Shown here: positions 1-13,120 of the stretch, piece after piece
Numbering within the stretch: position 1 is the first letter of the stretch
Layout of the letters: every line of letters begins with the position of its first letter
Origin: Nymphaea colorata
Taxonomy: Eukaryota
NCBI RefSeq assembly: GCF_008831285.2
Contig: NC_045138.2
Location: 15,748,001 to 15,812,000, forward strand
Length of the DNA: 64,000 nt
Direction: 5' to 3'
The notes under the pieces: model-generated
Databases searched by the model: none
Seen by the model: the letters and a program-made list of their open reading frames with translations, nothing else
Told to the model about the DNA's origin: nothing
Position numbers and translations under genes: made by a program

Positions 1-862
1 TTCAGTTAAACTCAAATCGTCATGAAGAAATGTTCAAAATAAATAGTTTTGAGAGTGATGGGGCGTCAATCTGATGTGCTTTCAAGGGGCCACTTGGCCC
101 CATTGACAGAGAAGGCAGCTTTATCACTTTACAGATCAAGAAGGCGCTTTAAGTCAAGGCTTTTATGAACACTTATCCGAAACTTTTAATTGATTCTACT
201 CGGTGGTTGATCATTTAAGAAGTGATGTTTCATCTCTTTTTATTTACCGCTCTTCCTTACAAAGGTACTCAAAAATATCTTCGCAAAAGTGAAATTTACA
301 GAAGGCAAAGAGTTACTTTCTAAAATTTCTTCAAGCGAAATGATAAGAACAAGTAGAAAACTATTGAAGTTGCTTTAGAAGCTCATGGAATCTTCCCAAT
401 GAATTCTTTAAAAGAGATTTGAGATTTTTTTCCCGTGCATGGTCTTTGACCTTTTCGCTTGCATTGCATAGGAATTTTTTTGTTGCAGAGTCAAACTATA
501 CATTTTAACAAAGGCTGAAATTTTAATTTTTTTAACTTTTTATGCATATTAAACTAATATTTTTTTATTTACATATAAATTTTTAAAACTATCGGTCGAT
601 ACCTTTCAATACGAAGCAGTATTGATAAGAATGGTTACCTCTATGATTTGGATTTTGGGTTGACTTGGAACGGATCTGGATCGGTGTGAGGATTTTATCC
701 GATATATCTAGTACGGACAAATTGCATGCTGTCTCGTCCTCCGGAAGAAATTAAATTCCCGCGTTCGTTAATCTGCCACCGAGAGGACAGGAGGAACCTT
801 CCCGCACTTATCCGAAGCACACTTCGCCACTCGTCCTCCGGCCGTCCGCCCGCCGGAGACCC

Positions 863-3800
863 ATGGCAGCCGTCTTGTCCTTCGGACCTGCCGCTGTCGG
901 AGGGCCGGTGCGTCATCGGACTAATTCCTCTCGTCGAAGCCCGACGCGTCTCGCCGCGGATCTCAGAGAAACCCCTTCTGCCTCCGTGAAAACCGAAGAC
1001 GAAGAGAGGCTGGGCGAGGGTACCGCCGTGTCGCCACCCCCAGGCTTCAAGCCCCCGCAACCAAAGCGATTCTCTGCCCGGCCCGACAAAATCGTCGACG
1101 TGCTGTCGGCGTCACTCGCACTGCCCTTCCGTCTCGGCACCGGCGCCTTCGCCTTAGGGTATTGTATCTTTGTCTTTGCGATCGATTAGACCGGTCCGAC
1201 TCAGGCCGTACAAGTCTATCTGCTGGTAGATGCTGAATTCTTGCTTTTCTAATTAGATCGTGACGTGGGTGTTCTATTCTCTTAATTCAAGGGTTGTTTC
1301 GAAGTCTATGACTATATTATGGACTCATCTAAATAATTCGATTGTATTCGATTTTGATCTTTGACTCACATGTTGCTATTCCTTTCTTGATATTCTATAT
1401 TGTGTCATGCAGATACAGTGCTTCTTTTGTATCAGAAGAGGAGATCCCTCCAAGTGTGTATTCAACTTTCAAAATTGCTGGTATTTCCTGTTTGATACTT
1501 TAGCATAGCTTATCAAAGGTCAGCACGTATTCTGTGTAGAAATCAATGTAGGTAACTCATTGCGTACATTGCATTTCCAAAGCAAAGAACACGCAACGTT
1601 GGTATGCATACACGAACATGCATGAACTTCTTAATATGCAAAAAAGTGTAAGACTTACGGCAACTTAAGTTTGAACTCTCAACAAAAAATTCTAATATTA
1701 TCATTAGCAAACAAGACCATTCAGTAAGAAGACTACATATAGCCGATGCATGACCTCGATTTATTTTTACTGACACCAATCTTCTTAAGCATTTTACTAA
1801 TGTTTCAGCAAAATCTGATTAATTATTATTTGTGTGCTAATAATGCTCATAATTCTACATAAAACTTTTTATTTCCACATCTATTGTCAATGTTATTGTT
1901 ACTTGTTCAAACACATTGCTTAAAGAACATTGTGCTGATCAAAGTAGTTGAAACAGGCTTGAAGCTGAAGGAGACTTCAAAATTGGGTCCTAGGCCTGAA
2001 ATGCCCATTGAGATCTATGAGTTTGAAAGGTGCCATATTTTGCTCTTTTACATCACTTAATTTTGGGCTTCAAGTTTATTTGTGCTTGGTTGAATGTTCA
2101 AGATTTTTTTTTTTGGTTTCTAACTGGTCTAGGCTAACAGATGTTTCTCCTTTCTGATTGCATTGTTAACGGATATATCTTGGAAACCTCAGCTGCCCCT
2201 TTTGTCGTAAGGCAATACTACATGCTATTAGTTTTTTTCCTTATGCATATATTACTTCATACTTTATCTCTATGTGTTAAGGATACTGGATACCTGGATT
2301 TTCTCTTACTACTTCACTTCGTTGGTTTATTTTTTTATATCAACAGGTTAGAGAAATCGTGAGTGTATTGGATCTAGATGTTCTGTACTATCCTTGCCCA
2401 CGGAATGGCCCAACCTATCGTCCCAAGGTTATACAAATGGGTGGAAAGTCGCAGTTCCCATACATGGTTAGACCTGTTCAAATGATTTAAATTTCATTGT
2501 ATCTTTCTAAGAGATTAGGTGTAAATTTTATGGATCAACTAACTTTCTATGTACTTTTTTCTTGTGATTGAAGACATATATGTGATCTACAATTTTGAAA
2601 AAATTCCAGCTAATTGATTGTATTAAGCACACTTTTGAAGTAGAAATAATGCAGATATAAGTAAAATGTGTTTGTGCATAATATGGTTGTTTATGTATGT
2701 ATATGAATTTTTAAAATACATGTAGCATATTGAAAATACAGAAAATACTCATAAGGATATTTGTGCCTCAATTGATAAACAAATAAAGGACAACTTAACT
2801 CAGTGCCTGTGTATGTATGCATGTGTGTGCATGCATGTGTGTGGGCACTCAAGATATTTATAAAAATTTTATATGCCTAATTTCATAAACGGATAAAAGA
2901 TAACTAAATCGTATATGCGTGTGTATATGTATCGTGCATTTGTCTCTTGTATATGTGTATGTTAAAGTTCATAGTTATATATGAGAAGAAAAAAGTGATC
3001 GGGAGTTATGAAATGCAAAAGAAATTGAAAAAGGAAGGCTACAGGAATTGGGAACAGATGCTGGACCTCCACAAGAAAAGAATATGCACGTGACAATCAA
3101 ATAACCAATGTTGTTACACTAGATTAAGAATAGAAGGATCTTAGGGAATACATGAATCCTGATACTGATAACTATAACAACCTGACCCACTTCTGGGCTT
3201 GGGCCCCTGGTTCAGCGGATGCCAACTGGCCCCCTAGTAGTTTCGGCTCCAACCCTCGAAGAGACTAAGAACCAGGACAATCATCTCATTAATGACCTCT
3301 CTTTATAAGCCCTTGAAGATCCTTTACAATCTTCGATACAGGACTAAACTTATGGGGTGTTACAATCCACCCCCCTTAAGGAACATGCGTCCGCGCGTGT
3401 AGGACCCCTGGTCCGAGTGTTGAACCGGCTCTGATACCACTATAACAACCCGACCCACTCCTGGGCTCGGGCCTCTGGTTCGGCGGATCTCAACCTACCC
3501 CCTAGCAGTTTCGGTTTCAACTCCAAAAAGGTTAGGAACCAGGACAATCATCTCATTAACGGCCTCCCTTTATAAGCCATTGAAGATCCCTCACAATCTT
3601 CGATAGAGGACTAAACTTCTGGGGGTATTACAATAACACTGCTGTAAATGTAACTAATGCAACTTGAAGATCCTTTACAATCTTCGATACAGGACTAAAC
3701 TTCTGGGGTGTTACAATCCACCCCCCTTAAGGCACACGCGTCCGCGCGTGTGGGAACCCTGGTCCGAGTGTTGAACCGGCTCTGATACCACTATAACAAC

Positions 3801-6621
3801 CCGACCCACTCCTGGGCTCGGGCCCCTGGTTCGACGAATCCCAACCTGCCCCCTGGCAGTTTCGGTTTCAACCCCAAAAAGGCTAGGAACCAGGACAATC
3901 ATCTCATTAACGACCTCCCTTTATAAGCCTTTGAAGATCCCTTACAATCTTCGATACATGACTAAACTTATGGGGTGTTACAATAATACTGCTGTAAATG
4001 TAACTAATGCAATGCGAATGATCAAGAATCCATGATCAGGACTGAACTGAAACAAGAAAGAGACAATGCACAGACAAGGTCTTTAATGTAATCTCTTAGC
4101 AGACCCCAAAAAGGAGGGAAAGAAAAAGGAATCAAAGCATTTGGCTTCAGTACAACAAGGGAGGGTGTGTTCTTATGGTAGTTTCACATATGTATGATAC
4201 ATCGCTTATAAAATTATAGTTATTATAGGGATGGGTCATAGTTTTTCTATCTGCATAATAGTCCAAATAAAAGCTGCACTATGCTATGAAAATGGGAAAG
4301 CAGGCGAGTAATTTGTATAAAGATGATGAATGCAAATCACTCCCAAAGGCTCCAGACAATTGGTACCTCCCACCCCACCGAAAAAAGGGAAAAAGGACCC
4401 TATGATTCTCCCATCTTTGCTTTGATCTATTTTGCTTTGATTTCTGGTACGTATCGTTTGGGAGTTAATATCAGAAGCTTTTAGTTCATTCAATCTGATG
4501 AATTAATGTTTAGAATTTGGAGGATCTGCCATTAGTTTATGCATCAGTTACTGTTCTTACTGGATTTTTAATTATTTCAGTTGTCTTGATTTAGATCTAT
4601 ATTTTTGGATATCTCGTAGATCTTGTTTTGTTCCATAAGGTTCATGTCCACCATATCTTCAAAGTCATATGTTATGGTTTTATAGTGCAGGTGGATCCAA
4701 ACACTGGTGTTGCTATGTACGAGTCAGATGATATAATAAACTACTTGGTTGGGAAATATGGTTTGTAAAGTGCTGTCCTTCTGAATTTCTAGCTTCCTTT
4801 TTAACTGCATCCATTCTCTCAAGTGTCAATTGCTATTTTCATTTCTTAGGATAAAGCAGCTGAATATCTGTTACCATCTGGTTTCTTCTGCTGTTGATTT
4901 TCATTCGTAGACATACACAAACATTTATAAATTATGCCACATGTATAAGTTCATGCCTTTTTTCCCATTAATGGTTTTGATTTTACCTTGTAATACAGCT
5001 GTTTCACTTTCCTATGTGGACCTGATATTGGCTCATGTATTATAGGCTCATGGTACTAGATATCTCATTGTAATCACAAAACCATTTATATTCCCTCTTA
5101 ATATTAGATCTTTACATGTTAACATGTATACTCTGGGTCTTTTAGCATGAAATGGATTTCTCCAACTAGAATCGGGCCTTTTCTTTAGCATTAATTTGTT
5201 TCTTTTAATTGTTTTTAGGTGATGGGACCCGCCCGTTTATGCTATCACTTGGGTTATTAACGGTAAATTCTGGAATCATGTACCAATTTTTTTCTCTAGG
5301 CTCTCCCATTTTTCCTGCCTGAAACTTTCGTGAGAATTCTGACAGATTGTCTTTCTTTGCAGACTCTAACTGCAGGATTTGCAATGATTGGTCGTATGGG
5401 AAAGGCAAGAGGACTTCATAATTATGGCATTTGTTTTATTTATCTTGAACTGATCTTGAGCTGATCATGCAATTTTCTTGTCTAGTGCTTTTCTTTCTGA
5501 ACTGTATAGATAGAGTACGACTTTAATATGTGGTGTTCCTGATGGACTTTTTTTAAGTGTTTATGGTCCTGAGATCTTTTTGTTGATCTCAGTTTTACAT
5601 GTAAGGTTTGCTCAGTTTCAATAGATATTACTAGATAAATATCCAGTGAAGTCACTTTTGCTTATTTCCAAAGGATTTTGATGCTCATGATATCTGTAAG
5701 CTTTGCTTTGGTGTCTTATCGGTAATAGAAAAAATTATTGCTGCTTAGCATTATCTTCACTTATCTCTGCAGGGCTCTTCATATACTCCATCAAAAGCCC
5801 CACCTAAACCACTTGAGTTATGGGCATATGAGGTGGGATCAGAATCCTCACCAACTTTCTTATACTCTTAGGACCATTAGAATTTAAAAGCCATGATTGT
5901 AAAGAAGATATGAACTATCCTGCCTTGTTAAACTACCATTAACTTGTGCTTCAAACACACCTTTTCTCAGGCTTCCCCTTTCTGTAAGATTGTCCGTGAA
6001 GTTATGGTTGAGCTGGAGTTGCCACACTTGCTTCACAGGTAACATTTAATTGGTTATAAGTCGGCACCTGTATTCAGAAGCCATTAGGTCCATCCCTCCT
6101 TCATGCACATCAGTCATTCATGGTAGCGTAACGGCCTCTTGCATATGGGTGTTGTTTGTTGTGTCTTCCAAAGAGGGCAAGAAAAGGGACATGAAGATTT
6201 GCATGTTCCAATGTAACTATGTTAAAAAGAACTCTGTACTGTCTTGCAGCACTGCTCGTGGTAGTCCGAATCGGCAGAAGCTATTCGAGAGGGCTGGGCA
6301 TTTTCAGGTTTCTAGTTTGTCTTGCTTCCTTAGTTTTCTTATAGCTATAATCATTGAAACTCATGTTTCTTGTTTAAACCCAATTGCTGGTTGATCAACT
6401 TTAATGAATGGGGACTGATTTGTTGAGCACTTCAACGGCAGTTCACGTACTATGAGCATTTATAGATCGAACTGGAGGAATCTCCATATCAGATGATGTG
6501 TTTTTATTGTCACTATATACAGGCACCTTACCTGGAAGACCCAAATACTGGGGTTAAGATGTTTGAAAGTGCAGAGATTATAGACTACCTGAAAACAACC
6601 TACATGCTTCCAGCGTCGTGA
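863..6621 (+). CDS. Tandem GST N-terminal/thioredoxin-fold protein (At5g03880-like), probably plastid-targeted; 12 exons: 863-1158, 1413-1480, 1957-2029, 2193-2211, 2347-2466, 4691-4760, 5219-5262, 5363-5404, 5773-5832, 5971-6038, 6250-6307, 6523-6621
   Basis: Spliced translation is continuous. It has a Ser/Arg-rich transit-peptide-like N-terminus, then IEIYEFESCPFCRKVRE...QFPYMVDPNTGVAMYESDDII and a second repeat LELWAYEASPFCKIVRE...QAPYLEDPNTGVKMFESAEII. Introns 4 and 8 need GC donors to keep frame. Confidence 0.93.
3173..3632 (-). mobile_element. TRIM (terminal-repeat retrotransposon in miniature) in intron 5
   Basis: Two ~192-bp direct repeats (3173-3364, 3441-3632) flank a 76-bp internal region. 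On the minus strand that region has the tRNA-iMet PBS TGGTATCAGAGCC (3427-3439) and a polypurine tract AAGGGGGGGTGGAT (3365-3378). There is a 5-bp TSD ATAAC at 3168-3172 and 3633-3637. Confidence 0.93.
3663..4012. repeat. ~350-bp tandem duplicate of 3312-3662 (partial LTR, internal region, full LTR and ~30 bp host flank)
   Basis: The sequence restarts mid-LTR at CTTGAAGATCCTTTACAATC. It ends with the same host flank ATAA(C/T)ACTGCTGTAAATGTAACTAATGCAA seen at 3633-3662. Confidence 0.9.
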
Positions 6622-8760
6622 TCGTCCTCAAGATGGCACATTTGATCCTTTTATGAACTGTATGTTTTGCTTCCTGATCCTATGTGCTTTTGTGCTTGAA
6701 GAAGTCATTGTGAGACAAGTGACGAAAGCTAGGTTCCCCTGAGTGTTCTGTTTGTCACTGCATGTGTAAAATGAATGTAACCTACTCTTGGTTGTAAGTT
6801 GTAACTGTGGTCATGCTAAGACCAAAAGTTGTGAATCTCAAGACCATGTGTGCTTAAAACCAAAATAGAGAAATCTTCTGCCATTCAACTATCTTTTGGC
6901 CTCATGTAGTCTTGACGAAGTTCCAAGCACGGGGAATCTCTTTCTGACTTGCTTCTTTCCAGTTAGAAGGTACACGTTTGTATTTTCTATGGAAGCTTTT
7001 TACGTGCTTGTCTGAACTTGCGTTTCATGTGGTTATGCGATAAAATTAATCCATATTCGGAAGGGCTACATATTATGTGAAAAATAAGTAAATGCTTATG
7101 AAGTATTGCATTTTGTATAGTACTGTTGTGGGAAAAACATTTTTGAATAACTTGTCTAAAATATTTTCTTTTCATATACGTTTGTTGGTCACGTCAATAG
7201 AACTTTGTTGTGTACTTGCATGTGTCGGTTGGCAAAAAAATAGATCAGTATTTGTGAAATATCGTGCTTTTGTGTATTGGGACTGTCACTCCAGAGGGCC
7301 CTTGGGAATCGAACAGGGCACTTACCCACTATGTACCACTGGGCCTTACTAGTTGTCCTGGGGGGAGGGGGAGAGAGGGAGAGAGGTGTATAGATTCAAC
7401 ACTGTAAGGGCAACCAGAAGTTGTTCAAGTTACAGTTACAACTGCCATTACAAGTAAAACCCGTTACCCATTTGATGACCGATCCCTAGGGACCCTGCGT
7501 CTGTAGACGCGAGAAACATTAAAGAGGACATCCCACCGCCGTCTATTAACGTTGAGTAGAGAGTAAAATTGGTTGACAAAATACACCAATGCTTTACAAA
7601 ACAGCAGATGGGGAGAGAGATACACATATATGTATTTGCATTAGTTTCAAAAAGGAAATTGATTTACATTAGTTCTATTCGAGCTTGTACTGAATTCATA
7701 TTACATTAGTCTGTTTGGGCTTGTAACCTTTCTTGAGCCAAATAGTTGTTGGTTTCGATCAGTTCGGCTCGAATGAACTTGGTTCAACAAGATAGCAGCG
7801 AATATGAACTGCGTATTAAAACTTAAAAGCTTAAAACAAATGGTCTGTGCTCTCTGCGTTTTGAGCCAAATAAGACGTCAATAAACTTTAAAATGTTTGT
7901 AAATCTGATGCCGTATAGTTTTAGAAATTAAGAGTCACCTTTTTTCATCTCATAAAATATAATTTATGCGTTGAAATTTCACGTTTTTGCCGTTCTTACA
8001 TTTTTAAGCATCTCATTTCCGTCCATGCAATTCGATTTACAAAAAGCTACTTAAAACATCAAGAGACCTGCTTGGGTGATCTAATCTTAAATCAAGTTTG
8101 AGGTCCGATAAAGATGTGACCATCGCATGTGTATAAAGTAAACGTAGGATTGCGCTTATTGGATCTGAGTTCTGTTCTGAAATTCAAGTTTAAGTCCGAG
8201 TCTGGCGCGATTGAATTGGCAGAGATCCGATTTCAGTCCCATTTGACAAATGGTGGATTCAAACCAGATCTGAACCCTTTTACACTTCAAAACACCCCAA
8301 ACTGCTTCCTTGCTGATAACAATGACCGTCCCTGATAAAGAAACTGAAGTGGTGGAGACGGCAGATTACTTTGGATCTTGGACACCAGGGTCTGATTTAA
8401 CAGTTGGCCCATCTTAAATTTATAGTTTTAGTAAGCTGGGTGAATTAAGATCGCCGTTATCCCTCAAATATATATATCTCAAGTTTGAGAGAATGAATTC
8501 TGACTTGAATCGAGAGGCCAAGACTTACAAATTTTATGGTGTCATTATTGTATCTTTCAAGCTCAAGATTTCAACGTCTTCTTTGAAAACAAAGAGATAT
8601 TAAATCCAAAAATGTAAGATCTTAGGTCCCCTCGAGTTGGTAATCAAACAGGCTCTATCATGATTCATGGAGACTAGCAAAAACTAATCGGGTCGGGTGA
8701 AATTTGGATATGAAAAAATCGATTTGTTTTAACATGATCCGGCCCGCCAATTTCCTGGCG

Positions 8761-8784
8761 TATATAAGCCTTGGTCTAGGGTTT
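8761..8784 (+). promoter_or_regulatory. RPS10 core promoter: TATA box and telo-box
   Basis: TATATAAG at 8761 and TAGGGTTT (reverse of AAACCCTA) at 8777-8784 lie about 100-120 bp upstream of the ATG. This arrangement is typical of plant ribosomal protein genes. Confidence 0.65.
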
Positions 8785-8881
8785 CTTTGCCTTCTTTTAT
8801 CCTTCGGCATTCAGCAGCACCATCGTTCTGAAAACCAGGGTTTTCTCATCCTTCTACTCAGGAACTGACGCTCCTTCGAAG

Positions 8882-11601
8882 ATGGTAAGCCTCCTTTCTG
8901 TAACCCATCTGTCGACCTCGGATTTATCTTCTTAATAATCTCTGTGTGCTTTTTGCCCTTGCTCTCTTGTTGCAGTTGATCCCGAAGAAGAATAGGAACG
9001 AGGTCTACAAGTACCTCTTTCAAGGTAGCTCTCGTCTTGATTTATTCTTATTTTTTTCTCTCATTCTCTTTTGTTTTGCAATCTGTGCTTCAGTTCGTCC
9101 TACCTCTTTCTTATTTCTTCGGAAAATTGGGTTTTCTTTCTTCGTTGCGGATGGGTTGTGTGATCAGAGGGCGTGCTCTATGCGAAGAAGGATTTCAATC
9201 TGCAGAAGCATCCTGAGATCGATGTCCCCAACCTACAAGTTATCAAGTTGATGCAGAGCTTCAAGTCCAAGGAGTACGTGAGGGAAACATTCTCGTGGAT
9301 GTACTACTACTGGTACCTCACCAACGATGGCATCGAATACCTGAGGACTTACTTGAATCTGCCATCTGAAATCGTCCCAGCAACCTTGAAGAAGTCCGTG
9401 AAGCCCCTCGGGAGGTCCATGGGCGGTGGTCCTGGTGGTGACAGACCCAGGTACTTAATGTCTGCCTGATTAGTTGGTAGTTCTTGTGTTTTTTTATTAG
9501 TGGTCTTTGACTGTTTGAGTTCCATTTGAAACTTTTATTGCTAGGTTTAGCTTATTCTGGTTGGGGGATTTTTGGTTTGTTAGTTTGGGACTGTGTGATT
9601 TCTTATGGATGAGAGTTTTGTAGTTTTAAGATATCGGCATTTTATGGATTTCACTTATTTTGGTCGCCCTGCAGAGGCCCTCCACGATTTGAAGGCGACA
9701 GGCCCAGGTTCGGTGATCGGGATGGATACCGTGGTGGCCCTCGCGGGGGTGAATTTGGTGACAAGGGTGGAGCTCCACCTGAATTCCAGCCTTCCTTTAG
9801 GGTAACTTCATGATATTTCTTCTCATATTTACCTCCCGTTCTCAGTTTCACCGTTAACTAAGATGGACAATGGTTCGAAAATAGGTTTTGATCTGTGAAA
9901 CGGAAATTTATGCTGAGTCCGGTTTTCCTTTTTTCCAGTCCACCACATACGTCATCTTGATTGCTGTAGCACCTGTTGACCTGTTTATTTGTTTTAAGTT
10001 TCAACTTGTTCATGTGTTTAATAATTCAAACTATTCGTTGAGCACTGGTTGTTGGTCATTGGTCTTATATATTTAGAGTTATCTTTTTTCTTTGTGCTTT
10101 ACTATATGTCCCTTTTGAATATTCTGGAGATGTTTCTCACAGGACAAGCCCATCAGTGAGGTGGAGAGACATGTCAGTTTGACCTTTTGATTGTTTTTAC
10201 TTGTCATATTTCTTTAGGATGACATATTCCTGTGCAAACGTATTTCCTTCTTAAGGTAGATAGTCGAACACACTTATTGCTTGAAGAACTATATAGCTTT
10301 TACCAACTTATTTTCATAGTTCGATGGCAATCTTTTTTAATTTCTCAATCTTTACTTTTATACATTGTGGCACGAATGCCAAGAAATCAAAAAAATTCTT
10401 ACTTGTTACTCTTAAGAAAATACTAAAAACTTTCTGTATAGGGTGTTTTCCTAATGCTGTTTCTACTATGTTTTTGGTTATGGAAGGATTTTTTAAGGAA
10501 GGGATCAGGGATATCACTGTATTAGGATCTTCAGCAAAAGCAAAAACAATATCTAGGGCGTTGTGACTGAATGAGTACCAACTTATAGTTTCCCATTGAA
10601 CTGAGTAGATTCGCCAGTGTGGATACCGAAATTGCATCTGTTATTTTTGCTATCTAAAGATAAATGACAACTGGAGATAAATGAAGCTTTGATTCCCTAG
10701 AAAACGAAAGCTTTTATCTGCTAATTAAGTTTAAAACCTAGTGTAGTAGTTATGGCATTGTCAAATAGCTGGGTGATTCACAAAAAAAAAATCCTGAGTT
10801 GCTTATTGTTTTGAATGATGTGTAATTGGAAATGTTCAAATCGCTATATGATTCACTTAACTGGGTGGTTCCATATTTTTTTTCTCCAATTCTAGAATGT
10901 CTAATTGGCCATGCCATATGTCATCCTGAAGTTAATTTAGCTGATTAGAGACTTGAGAAAATGTTCTACGATCGTTCATGGATTGTTAATATGATAATTT
11001 TCTAGACAGTTTATTTTTGAACCCGTTTATGCTTCTAATGCAAGGTGGTTCAGACTGAAAATGAAAAATATATTGGAAGCTGGTCAATTATGCTCTACTG
11101 ATGTGTTAACCGATTGGAGGCTGGTTGCTTCGAAAGGTTTTCCTTTAAGTTTTGACTCATAAACGAAATAAACCCTATTTGTTAATAAACTCGGATGTAA
11201 TTACTCCTAAAGATGGACAGCCTTTGGGCTCAGAAAATGTTTACTGGTTCCATATTGGTAAAATGGCTTGTTTCTTTTTGCATAAATATGCATCAAGGTA
11301 TAATATCAAAGGGACTAATAAGGTTTGGCTATTTGACTTTGTTTATCAAGGGGAAGTTTGTCCCAATAGCATTTACGTGTGTTCTCTACCCCATATGTGG
11401 CCGTGTTGACTTTATCTGATTTCACAGTTGCAAGTATCAGTTTGCTGTGTTTAGATTGATTCTTTTATGTTTCCATACTTATTTTTTCACTTTACCTCTT
11501 TCTGCTGTTGGTTTACTGTCTAGGGTGCGGGTGGACGACCTGGGTTTGGAAGAGGTGGTGGTGGTTATGGTGGTGGTCCTGCATCCAGTTCTCTTGCTTA
11601 G
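8882..11601 (+). CDS. RPS10: 40S ribosomal protein S10 (eS10); exons 8882-8884 (ATG only), 8976-9024, 9168-9450, 9675-9801, 11524-11601
   Basis: Translation [93 protein letters not shown], followed by a Gly/Arg-rich tail. All introns are GT-AG. Confidence 0.97.
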
Positions 11602-11637
11602 GCGGTTCTCTTGCTTAGGCGGTTCTCTTGCTTAGGC
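11588..11637 (+). repeat. 3 x 17-bp tandem repeat spanning the RPS10 stop codon
   Basis: GTTCTCTTGCTTAGGCG occurs three times (last copy one base short). The first copy contains the TAG at 11599-11601. Confidence 0.95.
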
Positions 11638-13120
11638 AGTTTCGTACCTTATCATCTGATCTTGCGTCTACTTCCAGATACTGTTGGAAATTTTGTAGCG
11701 TTTTATTTTATTTTGGGAAGTTAATTGATATCTCAGTTCAACAACGCAAGTTTGCTGTTATCGATGATTTCCTTTCTGCTCCATTCTTGACAGTTATGAA
11801 ACGCAACTAGTTTTAAGATTCTTAATTCTAACTTTTCTATTCAATGAGTGGCTGTATTGGCTTCACAATAAGGCCGGACCAGTGCTTCATGTGTGCCATT
11901 ATTGTGCAGGAGTGTTGGTCGATCATATGCCCGCAAATTGATCTTTGCAGTCTCTGTTTCGAGCGAAACTTTAGCCATTCGAAACAATAATAAATCAAAT
12001 TTTGTTCAAGCTTCCGACCTTTGGTGGTATCTGTTTTGCGAGGAAAAATGTACAATTTTGTATGGCGGTGAAATCGAGGGGGTGACTTCGTGCTATGCAT
12101 CAGCATTGATAAAATCTCAGCTTAATATGGCGGAACTTCATTGTCTGCCGAACATGACCTGATACCGAAACCTGTGAGCTACCCAATCAACATGGACACA
12201 TCAATGATCCTGTTCCTTTCATCGCCACTCTCGAATCTTGGAGAGATTATGAGAGGCCAATTAACTTCCTGTGAAACTTTGCTATACTGTAACGTTTTTC
12301 CATGAAGCCGTAGCTAGCTTATGCTTTTTTCCGAGGAACGTGCGCTCCTTTTCTGGGGAACGTGCCTCTCATTTGAGTTAGCCTGTATATTTCTCATCGA
12401 TGGAAGAAATTAATGTCGATCATACATCTTGCAGATAGAAATGACAAGAGACCGATACATCTAGTGTGTCCATTAAGGTGCAGGGTTATTCATCTGCTTG
12501 GATGGCTAAACACGGATATGGTTCCTAGAGTTTTGGGCTTTGATTACCAAGGAGTAGAGACTTTGCAAATAATGCGTGAGGATTGGTACTACATTGCTTT
12601 CAGTTCATACATTGATGGTTATGATTATCGATACTTCCAATGTGCATAGTAACATCGGATGAATTGTTAGCTGGTGTGTACCATCTGAAGAGAACACGGT
12701 ATTGAGTTAAATGCTGAAAAATTAGTATCCGCAGTATAATCACCGTAGCAATTGCGCCTTTTGAGTAATTACGCCTAATTTTAACTTTGATTGTGGGAGG
12801 AAAATGTTGAGAAATTTGTCACTTCCTTTATGAGGCAAACGGTAAGCTCTTTCTTTCATGCTGTTAGAAGGACCAACATTTTTTTTAAACCTTGTAGATG
12901 CCGTGACCTATAACAATTTCACGGTGCTGTTTTCTTCAGCACTTGTATCGATTAAATAAATGCTTTGAATATCGGACGGTGCGATGCTCTCTTGGCTATT
13001 GAGCAAATGGGTGCCAGGAAGCTCTGATGACAAATGAGATGTGGTGGCCCAGTCGTCTGATTCTACCAGCTTTCGGCTTCATCCATGTTGTACAAAAACT
13101 TCTTGGTTGGTACTCGGGAT

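Noticed and set aside
3173..3982. Possible Cassandra element or CRISPR-like repeat-spacer array
   Set aside because: No 5S rRNA-like A/C boxes seen in the LTRs. PBS, PPT and TSD explain the structure as a TRIM, and the DNA is eukaryotic.
9802..11523. Long RPS10 last intron (and RPS25 intron 3) as possible snoRNA hosts
   Set aside because: I could not identify a convincing C/D or H/ACA box pair with terminal stem and rRNA antisense element by eye. An Rfam/snoscan search would be needed.
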